From Mobula hypostoma (lineage: Eukaryota), in the NCBI RefSeq assembly GCF_963921235.1, contig NC_086115.1:51708001-51772000 (forward strand): a DNA stretch of 64,000 nt. The letters run 5' to 3'. Under the pieces are notes generated by a model. The model was not told the origin of the DNA. It did no database searches and saw only the letters and a list, made by a program, of their open reading frames with translations. Positions within the stretch are counted from its first letter, which is position 1, and every line of letters begins with the position of its first letter. Below are positions 39,435-51,588 of the stretch, piece after piece. The translations under genes were made by a program, and so were the position numbers.

Positions 39435-39770
39435 ATTTTGGCTGGTGCCAGGGCTTTATGCTTCGGCTCCTGGTAGGGTCACCAATGCCAAACAGGCCAG
39501 ACTAAGTGGTCCAATGGTCCTCCAGGTTCAGGGGTTCAGCTTAGGACTAACAACCCTGACTAGTCCAAAAAAAACTGTTATGGAAACAGCCATGAACAAA
39601 TAGCATGAGTGTGATGGTATTCCCAAGCCCTTACTGGGATTTGTATGACTGACAGTTGTGAAAACCAAGAGGAAACTCTGGCATGATGAAAGAAGCCCAG
39701 AACACTAACAGAGTGGTGGACTTCCATTGATACCCTAGACGCCAGCCGCAAAACCATCAGTAAGTAAATA
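39435..39770 (+). mobile_element. Bipartite non-autonomous RTE-derived element
   Basis: RTE 5'-UTR-like ggtcctccaggttcagggg...ctaacaaccctgac joined to a 3' end tggacttccattgataccctagacgccagc...agtaagtaa; second copy at 44215-44535. Confidence 0.6.
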
Positions 39771-40719
39771 TGCAACAGTCACACCTCAAAAAATAAATTA
39801 AGATATTTTTTCTGTCATTGGTTAAGTTTTTCTGGTTGAGCCATTTTATATTTTGGGCAGAACTATACTGGTTGCCATGTGAATTAACATCCATATTTGT
39901 CTTTCAAGCTGCCCTGACCTCTTTTGCATTGAATATGCTCCATTAAAAATCGATGCAAAATAACTTTGTTGTTCTTCTTTATTTGAATTGTTGGTATATT
40001 TTGAAATGCAAATTAAACTAAGAAAAAGCAAGAGTAGCTTCAAAATGACCTAATCACAGGGGATTAGTATCACATTTCCTTTCTGTGCAAAGAACACAAT
40101 TGAGTTAGTAACACTGTACCTCAAAACTGATTTGCTTATTTAATGACAGCATTTTCAGTCTTAATTACACAGCAGTGAATACATATATTGTGAAGCTTTC
40201 TGCCTTACACCGAAGGATGTTTTATTTAATTTATCTCAACATGTAAGTGCAGGAGACTTTCCCTGCTGAAGTGACCTATAATTTGCCACTAAAACTGTTT
40301 CAGAGCCTGGATAAAGGCCATTCATTAGGCAGAGCTGATTTAGAAACAGATTCCTAAAAGAGCTCTTTGTCTAATTGCCTACCATCACAAATAACACAAG
40401 ACAAACAGATTTAGGTAATATTATTCAGCACTGTGAAACAGTAATATTGTTCTTGTACAAACCCCACAGTAATCAAACAATTAAACTTTAACTGTCTAAT
40501 TAACACTTCACAACTGCCAACATGAATGGTAAAAATTATATTTAGAGCTTGTCTACATTTGAAAGCCTGTCTATGACAGGTGTTTGGATCCCAGCACCAC
40601 TGTCTAATGTTCTTGCCGTTTTGTTCTTAGAAAGTTCTTTATTCACTCACATTGCCTCCTTTTGAGATGTCCTCAGGCAACATCCGAGCTTTAGCTGGAA
40701 TTGGAGAAGGCATTTCAAA

Positions 40720-41550
40720 AAAACAGTAGAGGAACTCAGTAAGTCAGGCAACTGTGAAGGCAAAGGTACAGTCAACACTTTGGGTCAAGTCCCTGAATTA
40801 GGACTGAGAGTGTAGAAGATAGCCAGTACAAAGAGTCAAAAAAGAGTGGTGAGGCAGAAGCTGGTGGTTGACAGGTAGAACTAGGTGAGGAAGAAGGCCA
40901 TTGGCACGTGGACCCAAACATGGGGAGTGGGTGGAATTGAGCTGTGTACATCAGGGAAGAAAGGTGCCCAGGGAATATGTGTTATATGAAATTGTAAAAT
41001 TCAATAGTCATACCATTGCAGACAATAAGGTGTTGGTCCTCTAGCTCCTGTTGGGCCTCATCATTGCAGCCGAGAAGGCCTGGTGTGGGAATATGAAGTT
41101 AAAACAGCATGCGACTGGGAGGTCAGGATGACAATTTTGATTATGGTCACCAAATGGGAGGGTGTGTTCTTTTGCTTTCACAGATGCTGCCTGACTCATT
41201 GAGTTCCTCCTGCACAAACAACTTTTGTGACATCTACAAAATTGCTAATTATTACTACCATATTTATATCCAAGTATTTGATATATTTTACAGACAGCAA
41301 GAGACCTAACAATGCTCCCTCATTTACACCACTGATCATCATCTTCCAATCGGACAGGCATCCATCCTTTGTCTCCAGCTGCAGCTCAGTAGTGGATGTA
41401 AAATGACAGTGGATCTTCTGAGATGGAGATAGAGCTATCTAGAAAGGGAAAGGAGTTGTCAATCATTGTCTAAGTGAATTTAATGGCAGGGTGGTAGTGA
41501 AGGTGATGAAATTGATGAGTTCCACACAAGTGCAGGAGGCATGCTCTGCC
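40720..41550. mobile_element. Old rearranged PLE fragments (terminal repeat, endonuclease and RT pieces)
   Basis: ggaactcagtaagtcaggca (-), cagatgctgcctgactcattgagttcctcc (+), and a minus-strand PFLDSSISI RT-like piece at 41400-41550. Confidence 0.6.
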
Positions 41551-43486
41551 TACTATTTCACTCTGAATCTGCATCATTCCAGTCTCACTAATAGGAGCAT
41601 GCAAGAATAATGGGACGATAGACTGCTTCTTCTGTGACCTTTCAACTTGGCTTTCCTCAGGATAGCACCTAAAGTATGGACTTCCCCATCATATGACGCC
41701 AGAGTTACTCAAAAAAAAAACACATTTGATGAGCCAAGTGCAGAGGTTTAAATCCAAAGCAGACAGGTGGCAAATCGAGTAGACACGTATCTTATTACTG
41801 TGTATTGACATTATGATAAATTCACCACAAGTCTAACCTGGGAAGTGACAGCTGAGAGATGCTATAAAGTTTGCACATGCTTCTACTAGCTTTGCATCCA
41901 GTCTCCAGTACAATCATTCTGCCCAGCCCAAAGTAAAACATAGACACACATACTTTCTGTCAGAGATTTTGGATTCAGTTCACCCAGATGAGCTTCATCT
42001 GTAAAGTCATTACACACTCACATCAAACTGCAAAGTTTTAATTATATTAGTCAGAGATCTGGTCCAATTTCCACTCATTTTTTTTGTTGTATAGACATAG
42101 CCTAAGAGCCTTCTTCTGTCATAAACTTATTAAGAGTTTGATCAGTGTGCACTGATGAAACTTTAAAATGTTTCAGTATATATGTTGAAGTCATCTTTCA
42201 CTCTATTGTGTCAGGTTACCAAACAGATTAAACCTTTCTCCCAAAATACTGATGAATTTGCATCTGTTATCACTAATGCATCCAATAAGAAAAACTTTTT
42301 GAAGGAAAAAATTCAGTTTCAATCTACTCACTTTAACACTGCTCTCTTTAACATTGGTTCATCTAAGATTTTGCATTTCTGAATATGTAAATAAATTATT
42401 GCAAAACACAAGCTATAATCTAACCAGAGTAATTCTAAACCCATGCAAAAAGGCACTGCTGCATTGGACATTAGACCAAAATCAATATGTATTGTTAAAA
42501 TGAAGGAAACTTTTTACTCACTTATTTTTTCAAGTTTTACATATCCATTGGCCCATTTTTTATTTGTATTTTGTTTTACAACAACAGATTTGCATTCTCA
42601 AATTTGCTGGGTCAGAATCAACAATAACTTGTAAATATCAATATTTACATTACAATCACAGATCAATGGGTTTTCTGGTGTTAGTTTTATCCAGATCCAT
42701 TGGAAAATGGAGATTGATAGGAAAAGGAAATGACACCATGCAAAACTCTTTGCATGTATAAGAGTGAGTTAACAGTTTTTGCTTCATACTTTCCTTTCTT
42801 TAAATGTACGTGGAGGTACTGCCAAATTGAGCATGTAAAAGAAAATAGATTTCAAGGAAATTAGTGTAGAAATGGAATTGATTAGATAACTGAGAGCTGG
42901 CATAGAAGGAATGTGCTGAATAGCCTTCTATGTTACAGGGAAAGATGAGAAATGTCTTTCTATTCCCCCAATCATCTCCACCACCATCTTCTCTCCAGCC
43001 CATTGATCTTTTCACTCACAATCTTCATCCCAACACCTTCTCTCAGTGGTAGATGACAAAGAAAAGACCTTTCTCACATAAGTGTAAGGTCCTGAGGTGC
43101 TGGTTTTATGGACCTTAGAATATTGGTCTCCAGCAAACTAATCCAGAACTCTGCATTGGAACTTTATTTCAGCTGAGTTTCCACCTATTAGCGCTCTCTT
43201 CCAGGTGCTACATGGAAGATATGATTCTATTACTTATGACCATCTGTAAGTTTTATTGCAGCAGACAGCAGGCTATCAGGCCCAGTGGGAGCTTCTGCTC
43301 ATACTCTTGTCTCTCGTGGCTTGGTTTGTAACAGCCATTTCCTTGCTTTTCCCTTCTAGCACCTGTTTGATTAAAATTCAAAAGCCTTGTTTAAAATACA
43401 ACACTTTCCAGTACTGATTTAAACTGTTCAGTGAGCATAATGAAAAATAACAGATGTTGATAGAAAAATGTGCTTTAAAATCATGA

Positions 43487-43592
43487 GCAACACACATAAA
43501 AATTGCTGGTGAACGCAGCAGGCCAGGCAGCATCTATAGGAAGAGGTACAGTCGACGTTTTGGGCCGAGACCCTTTGTCAGGACTAACTACC
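43487..43592 (-). mobile_element. ~105-bp PLE mini-insertion (hammerhead region + end)
   Basis: Reverse complement agttagtcctgacaaagggtctcggcccaaaacgtcgactg...gtgtgttgc; 14-bp duplication ttaaaatcatgagc (43475-43488, 43593-43606). Confidence 0.9.
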
Positions 43593-43806
43593 TTAAAATC
43601 ATGAGCTCGGTTCTGAACAATATGAGTAGAAGAGATGTACATAATTATATTTCTACTCATGATATTGATTGACCTTTGGTTAATTTAAGGCGTCTATTTG
43701 CAGTAATGATTACACAACTAATAAATAAGTTCCTTAAGAGAAGTTACTGCTAAATAGCCATTTACCCAAATACCAATTGCTTGGGTCCTCTAAGAGGAAA
43801 ACAACT

Positions 43807-44214
43807 TTATGGGCAGAACTGAAAAAGTGTGTGAGCAAGGAGGTCTACAAACCTGACTCAGTTACACCAGTTCTGTCTGGAGGAATGGAACAAAATTCCA
43901 GCAACTTACTGTGAGAAGCTTGTGGAAGGCTACCCAAAACGTTTGGCCCAAGTTAAACAATTTGAAAGCAATGCTACCAAATACTAACAAAGTGTATGGA
44001 AACTTCTGACCCACTGGGAAAGTGATGAAAGAAATAAAAGCTGAAATAAATCATTCTCTCTATTATTCTGACAATTCACATTCTTAAAATAAAATAGTGA
44101 TCCGAACTGACCTAAGACAGGGAAAGTTTTCTAGGATTAAATGTCAGGAATTTTGAAAAACTGAGTTTAAATGTATTTGGCTAAGGTGTATGTAAACTTC
44201 TGACTTCAACTGTA
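43807..44214 (+). mobile_element. Tc1 transposon right end, Sleeping Beauty/Tss1-like (transposase C-terminus + IR/DR)
   Basis: LWAELKKCV/ARRSTNLTQLHQFCLEEWNKIPATYCEKLVEGYPKRLAQVKQFESNATKY* (stop 43985-43987); inner DR gtgtatggaaacttctgacccactg and outer DR gtgtatgtaaacttctgacttcaactg followed by TA. Confidence 0.9.
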
Positions 44215-44535
44215 TGTTGGCTTGAGTCGGGCTTTCTGTGTTGGCTGATGGTAGGGTCACCCATGCCAAACAAGTCAAAGGCCAGGGGCCAAACTAAGAG
44301 TGGTCCAGGTTTGGGGATTCAGGTCAGGGCTAACAACCCTGACTAGTAAAATAAAATTGTTACATAAACGGCAATGAAGAATCCTTCTACATCTCAGTGG
44401 GATGATATTCCTGAGTCTCCACCCGGGACTTGCATGACTGATAATAGGGAAAACCGAAAGGAAGCCCTGAATAATACCAGAGATTGAGGACCTTCATTGT
44501 TGCCCTAAATGCCAGCGGCATAACAGGCAGTAACA
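44215..44535 (+). mobile_element. Bipartite non-autonomous RTE-derived element
   Basis: Same family as 39435-39770 (ggtagggtcacccatgccaaaca...gggctaacaaccctgactagt...ggaccttcattgttgccctaaatgccagcggc). Confidence 0.6.
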
Positions 44536-45287
44536 ATACTTCGATCAAATAGCAACAGTGAAAAGGTGAAATACTGATAAGACAAGAGCAATTCTAATAG
44601 AGGATTCTACTTAATTCTGAGGGCAATTGTTGCAGTGAGTGAAATTACACTGACTCCCAGTTAGCAGAGATACCTATTTTTTAAGGTGAATTACCCATGT
44701 AATGGGCTTTTGGCTATGAACTTGGTTTTCAGAGAATGGTTTTGGGTGACATTAAACACCCCTTGAGGTCCCAAAGGATCCAGAGTTTATTTATCATTCA
44801 AAAAGATCATAATGTTTTTGAAGATATGTTATTGTGACAATTCTGCTCTTAAATGGGAAAACTTTACAGTCAGCTATACATAAAATAACACAAGGATTTG
44901 TTTAGACGTCATGCAATCAATTAATAGTCAAATTCGTTCAGATATAAAAAGAATCAACAATGACTGTACTAGGTTGTGTAGCTAGATTTTCATAAAAAAA
45001 TTTGCTTGATGCAAATAACTTCTCTTGTAATAAACTTTGAATCAATACACCTTTGTTTATGGAACAAATTACTTGTAAGTTTGATGTTAATAATAACATT
45101 ATCCAAAACGTTTTCTCACATTATGACTTGTAAGTTTACTTCACGTTAAGGAATGAAATTTAAAAGTTACAATGATATGTTTGAAGGGTTTATACAATAT
45201 ATGTTTTGCAGAGTTTAATTCAAGGATTGAGAAAGAAGTACTTAAAATTCAGAAAATGAAATTAAGGAATTAGTTGTGTTTAGACTT

Positions 45288-46274
45288 GTAGAATCATAGA
45301 GCGCAGTCAGTGCCCTTCTGTCTATCACACCCATGCAACAGTTTTGCTCATCTACACTAATTCCATTTGCTTACATCAGGTCCATATCCTTTACTATCTA
45401 AAGGCCTGCTTTAAAATCTTTCTTAAATGTAATGGCTGTATTTAATCCCATCACCTTTTATCCCAGTGAGTTCCAAATATCAGCCACTCTTGGTGAGAAG
45501 AAAAGTCTCTCAATTTCTCCTTTGAATCTCCATGTTCCCAAACCTATGCCCTCATGGGGGGAAAAAAATTGACTATTTGCTCTGTCTATACCTCTGATAA
45601 TTTTATGAGGTTCTATTAGATCACCCCTGTTGGGAAACATGGGAAACAAACTCAGCCTATCCAAACTCACCACATAACAAAAGTCCTCCAAACTTGACAA
45701 CATTCTAGTGAAGTCCTTTGCACTCTCTCCAGTGCATCAGCAACCTACCTATAATATTGTAACCAGAAATGTACACAATACTGTCTAAACAGTATTGTAT
45801 GCACAATGCTGTTTTGTAAAGTTGTAACATTATGTCCTAACCCATAAAAGCAAGTATGCCATCTTCCTTCATCACCACCCTATTGACTTGCATTGCCACT
45901 TGCAGGAAACAAAGGACCCAAGATCCCTTTATTCATCAACATTCCTTCATGCCATTCCATTTACTGTACAGATCCTAGTGCTATTTGACTTCCCAAGAAG
46001 CATCACCTCATACTTGTCAGGATTTGATGCAATCTGCCAACAACCCACCCAACTTTCCATCTGATCTATATCCTGCCGTAATCGTAGACATCCTTTCATG
46101 CTATCTACTGCACAACCAACTTTGGAGTCATCGACAAAATTACTGATTATTACTGCCATATTTATACCCAAGTCATTGATATATTTCACAGACAGCAAGA
46201 AACCCAACAATGCTGCCTCATTTACAACACTGATCATCATCTTCCAATCAGACAGGCATCCATCCTTTGTCTCC
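45288..46274 (-). mobile_element. Old CR1 3' fragment
   Basis: YINDLGI..ISNFVDDSKVG..LRQDIDQMESW..WQIASNPDK; ctatgattcta tail. Confidence 0.85.
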
Positions 46275-46905
46275 TGTGAGACCTAAGGTAGATTGGGAGA
46301 CCGCTTCACCGAGCACCTACACTCTATCCACCAGAAAAGCGGGATCTCCCAGTGGCCACCCATTTTAATTCCACTTCCCATTCCCATTCCTATATGGCCA
46401 TCTATGGCTTCTCCATTGTTGTGATAAGGTCACACCTAGGTAGGAGGAACAACACCTTATATTCCGTTTGGGTAGCCTCCAGCCTGAACGCATGAACATT
46501 GATTTCTCAAACTTCCGGTAATGTCTCCCAGCCCCCCTCTCCGCCAACATTTTCCATCCCCTGCTCCCTCTCGCACTTTATCTCCTTGCCCGCCCATTGC
46601 CTCCCTCTGGAGCTCCTCCCCACTTTTCTTTCTTCCATGGTCTTCTGTCCCTCTCACCAGTCAACTTTCCAGCTCTTTACTTCATCCCTCCCTCTTCAGG
46701 TTTCACCTATCTCCTGGTGTTTCTCTCTCCCCTCCCCCACCTTTTAAATCTACTCCCCAGCTTTATTTCTCCAGTCCTGCTGAAGGGTTTCAGCCTGAAA
46801 CATCGGCTCTATTCTTTTCCATAGATGCTGCCAGGCCTGCTGAGTTCCTCCAGCATTTTGTGTGTGTTGCTTGGATTTCTAGAGTCTGCAGATTCTCTCT
46901 TGTTT
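46275..46905 (+). mobile_element. PLE 3' fragment
   Basis: RLGDRFTEHL..DLPVATHFNST..EEQHLIFRLGSLQP; terminal repeat with degenerate hammerhead ctgctgaagggtttcagcctgaaacatc. Confidence 0.88.
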
Positions 46906-47513
46906 GTAACAAGCGTTGGACAGCCAGAAAAAGAGATATCAAGAACTGATGGTTACATCTTGAAGAAACCATTTTTTTCTGAAAATATTATTATAGAACC
47001 TACATTGAACAGGTTCTGGAAGTGTAATTCTTAGATGACTTTCAGAAAGTGATGACAAGGAAACTGTCACAACTGCGGACACTTCCGCAGAATCTAAGTG
47101 CTCTCAGGGGAGCAGCTGAAAGAAGCAGGTAATCACACACATGAGAATGCACATATTCCAGCCCAATAGTGTCTCTGTAACTTACTTAATTCTTTTTATT
47201 TAGACTTGTCAATTCTTGCTCAAAGCACTGCAACAGCAATGCTCCCTGCTTATCTTAGATTAGTGATTGAGGTAGTTGATGTTAAAGGAGCAGTACAAAT
47301 TTAGTTTTAGGTTACTGCTTTTGAGCCACAGTAATGGTGTTAGTTTTTAGTTAGCAGCCCTTTTGGTCTAGCATTTATTTTTTTCATTTGTTCTGTACAA
47401 TACTCACTTAAGCTCAGTAAACTGTTCATTCTGTGTCTGCATCTGCCCCTCTGCACTTGGGCCTTCACTAAACTCCTGTCACCAAAACTTGATCCAGCCC
47501 CAAAATGTACCCA

Positions 47514-47518
<5 letters not shown>

Positions 47519-47564
<46 letters not shown>

Positions 47565-47568
47565 AGAA
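47519..47568. repeat. (GATA)n/(GA)n microsatellite
   Basis: Directly visible. Confidence 0.95.
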
Positions 47569-49530
47569 AGGAAAAAAATAAGAATATGAGAATGAGAATT
47601 AATGTCAGTGGAGGGATTGGCTTGGCAGAAATGGCTCTTACAGTGTAACAATTACTCTCAGTGTGAAACCAGTCCAAGCTGAATTTCATTTGGTCAGGTA
47701 GAGGAGCAGTTAGAGTTAGTGGACAGCTCACTGAGCAGTAGTGCCTCCCATAGTGCAAAAGCTACTCTCAGGGCAGCATGGTATTGTATTTGCTGACCAT
47801 AAAGTTCTGAACTCAAACAAAGAGCTTAAGCCCTATCGGATATAAATAGCCACCTGTACTCTTACTAAAGAGAGATTACATTGTAACCGCCCAATGTTAA
47901 AAGATAATTTTACTTCCCTGTTTATACTCCACAGCAGGTTTAGCTACCAATACCCACTACTTGAGCTGTGGATTCTCTCCCCCCGCCAAGCAGAAGATAT
48001 TTCCAGTTAATAAAGTAATTTAAAACACAGTTCATTCATCTTCAGTGATACACATTTAAATTCAATCACACTTTAAAACTCATAGAGGAGTTCTATCTTA
48101 AATACTTCCAAATTACAAACCAATCCTAAAACACAAACCATTTCCTAAACATAAAGCACAAGGTATTACTAATCCACAAAGGACAAAGGATTTCCAAAAC
48201 ATAGGTACAAAACCTATAAACTTATAAAACATACTGCAATGCAAAAGAATGAATCATCCTTTACAGAAACCAAAGCAAGAGGAATAGATTCTAGTTTACT
48301 CTGCATTTCTTTCTTGATGTTCTTTACTCCATTACTAATAAGCCTGAACTGCTCTTTACACTTATACCTCTTTCCTCTTGGGTGACTTTACAAGCATATG
48401 ATATTTCCTCAGATAGTCTTTTAACACAAAGTCTGAAAGCATTTTCAGAAACAGAGACCTCTACTAGCTCCACTTAATGCTGTGAAGCTAATTTTCTTGA
48501 ATGCATAAAACTTTCCATCTATAAACATATTAGTTACTGATATGCCAAATTATATAATCCATCTGATCTACAAGCTTCCTTGAACTAAGCAACTGAAGAC
48601 TCAGCTTATTTGTTTGAAACGACCTAAAAAAAATTGTCTTATGCTGCACCTCGAGCAGCAATAAAGCAGGTATAGTGAGCTAGCGTTTTCACAGAGTGTC
48701 TTCCTAAATACAGAGCTTGTTTACAAAGTTGTTCTATAGACAATACTTGTTTTAACTTTATACGGATTACCGATTTCCATTTACACTCTAAGAAGTGACA
48801 AATGACTTCCATTTTAGGAGTAGAAACTTAGTTCGAAGTTTACTTATCTGTTTCATTTTACAAGTGGCAGATGCTGCGTTTAGAAAGCTGAGATTAGCAA
48901 AAACCAAAGGGTCCATGACTAAGGAGTGAATATTTATCATAGTTCAAGCTGGAAGAACAGGTGTCAGCACTCGCAACAACAGTTCAGCAACTTGCAACAG
49001 ACAGCTAGAATCAAGTGGCAGCCATTATCGCTCTCACTGCCACTATTCAGCAACTCCCTATCAGGACAGCTACACTTCCAGCTCTGGCACCTCCCCATGC
49101 TCCTTTATTGCAATCTCATCAGCCTCAGCCAAGAATTCCCCAATTCTCTTGCTGCTTCCGGACCTGAACCTTCACCAGGCAGATACTCCAGTAACCTTGA
49201 CAGCTGCAGAAACTTTATTTACTCAGTGTGTGATGACTTTTCAAGCCCAGCCAGGTCAGCTCAGTGATGATGCACATAAGCTGTCTTATATGGTGAATCT
49301 CTTAGCCAGACCCCCACTCAGCCTGTTGAATGCCCTACACCCTACTGCAGCACAGTCTTTCTAGCAATTTGTAGTTAAGATCAAGAGAGTGTTTAACCTT
49401 CTGGCATGGGGTCAGGAGGCTGCCCACCAACTTCTGGACCTGCATCAAGGAGGAAGATCAATGACAGACTATGCATTAAAATTCCACACACTTATGATTG
49501 AGATGGATGGAACAAGAGATAGATTTCTTA

Positions 49531-49715
49531 CACGAGGAAATCTGCAGATGCTGGAAATTCAAGCAACACACACAAAATGCTGGTGGAATGCAGCAGTCCA
49601 GGCAGCATCTATAGGAAGAAGTACAGTCGACGTTTTGGGCCAAGACGTCGACTGTACTTCTTCCTATAGATGCTGCCTGGCCTGCTGCATTCCACCAGCA
49701 TTTTGTGTGTGTTGC
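49531..49715. mobile_element. PLE fold-back mini-insertion in Gypsy gag
   Basis: 71-bp inverted arms (49563-49633 / 49645-49715, one mismatch); flanks atagatttctta / atagatctctta. Confidence 0.9.
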
Positions 49716-51124
49716 ATAGATCTCTTAACGCTGCTTTCATGAATGGGCTGAGCACTGAGATTTGGGAATGAGAACAGGACAGCGTGGATGCCCTTATAAA
49801 CCTGGCCATTCGAATTGACAATCAGGCAGCTGTATCCTACAGAGAGAATTCCCTGAGCCTCCCATTCAACAGATCACCACCTGTTTTCAATCCCTCCAAT
49901 AGTGAGGTTAGGCATGTCTGTTTACTTATGTGGGTCCAGCCCAAGCCCCTTTCAGCATATTTCCTCCTGAACCAGCTGCTAGTTTGGACCTGTCTGGTGT
50001 TCCAGCTAAATATGCTGACCTTCTTGAAGACTTCAGTAAGAAGAAGGCTGCCTTCCTGCCTTCACACTGACCCTGCAACAGTGCCATTGACCTCTTACTT
50101 AATACTAGTCCTCCTCAGGGCTGGCTCTTTCAACCTGAAACAGTGGCCATGGAAGAATACATCAAGGAGTCATTGGCCTTGGGAATTATCTGTCCATCCA
50201 CCTCAACAGCAGAGCTTCTACTTTTGTGGGCAAGGATGACAAGCTCCATGCCCCTCAGTTGTTATTGGTCCTTCAACATCATGGTGAAGAACCGCTACTC
50301 TCTTCCCCTGTTTGCCTCTGCATATTCTCTAAAATAGATCAGAGCAATGCCTACAACCTAGTTCACATTCGAGGAGGAGACAAGTTGAAGACGCCATTCA
50401 GTACCCCCACTGGCCACTATGAGTACCTCATGATGCAATTTGGTCTGGCTGTTTTTCAGGCCCTAGTCAATGATGTGTTCCAGGAGACGTTGAATCAATT
50501 TGTTTTTGTGTATTTGGATGTCTTTATCTATTCCTGCTCTCACGAAGAACATAACCCTTATGTCAGGAGGTTTCTCAGAAAGGTCCTCGAGAACAACCTT
50601 TATGCCAAGCCAGAGAAATGTGAGTTCCACAAAAAGCAGGTGTCATTCTTGGACTACATCTTCACCCCTTCCAATGATCAAGTGGACCCATGTCAAGTTC
50701 AAGTGGTCATGGCTGGCAAAAGATGTGTAGATCCATCTACAGTTAAACAGGTGAGATGCTTCATAGGGTTTGCAAACTTTTATCACTGCTTTATCAGAAA
50801 CTTCAGTTCCATTGTGGCCCCCATAAATGCATTCACCAAGAAGACCTCTGCAGGATTCCAATGGACAAGTGAAGCAGACTAAGCACTCTTAGAGCTACAC
50901 CGACATTTCACCACTACCCTAGTAATGCAACATTCCGATTCATTCCATCCATTCATTGCTGCGCTTGGTGCACCTGATGTTGGTACTGGTGTTGAACTCT
51001 CCCCGCGCTCTTCTGAAGATATTCAGCTACACTCCTATACGATTTTTCTTCCATCTCTTGACTCCTGCAAAGTGTAACTATGATGTCAGGTACAAAGAAT
51101 TTCTGGTTGTTAAGAAGGACCTGG

Positions 51125-51588
51125 TAACACCTTATATTCCATCTGGGTAGCCTCCAAACTGATGGCATGAACATCGACTTCTCTAACTTCCACTAATGCC
51201 CCACCTCCCCCTTGTACCCCATCTGTTACTTACTTTTATACACATATTCTTTCTCTCACTCTCCTTTTTCTCCCTCTGTCCCTCTGAATATACCTCTTGC
51301 TCATCCTCTGGGTTCCCCCCCCCTTGTCTTTCTTCCCGGACCTCCTGTCCCATGATCCTCTCGTATCCCTTTTGCCAATCACCTGTCCAGCTCTTGGCTC
51401 CATCCCTCCCCCTTCTGTCTTCTCCTATCATTTTGGATCTCCCCCTCCCCCTCCAACTTTCAAATCCCTTACTCACTCTTCCTTCAGTTAGTCCTGATGA
51501 AGGGTCTCGGCCTGAAACGTCGACTGTTCCTCTTCCTAGAGATGCTGCCTGGCCTGCTGCGTTCACCAGCAACTTTGATGTGTGTTGC
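51125..51588 (+). mobile_element. PLE 3' fragment (young subfamily)
   Basis: HLIFHLGSLQTDGMNIDFSNF, terminal repeat with intact hammerhead, ends gtgtgttgc. Confidence 0.9.
51489..51526 (+). ncRNA. Minimal type-I hammerhead ribozyme, intact core
   Basis: tagtc (stem I) CTGATGA agg-gtctcgg-cct (stem II) GAAAC GTC gactg (stem I'); predicted cleavage after 51521. Confidence 0.78.

Noticed and set aside
47880-48860. Possible solo LTR nested in the Gypsy leader
   Set aside because: It starts TGTAAC, but I could not identify a convincing end, TSD or second copy.
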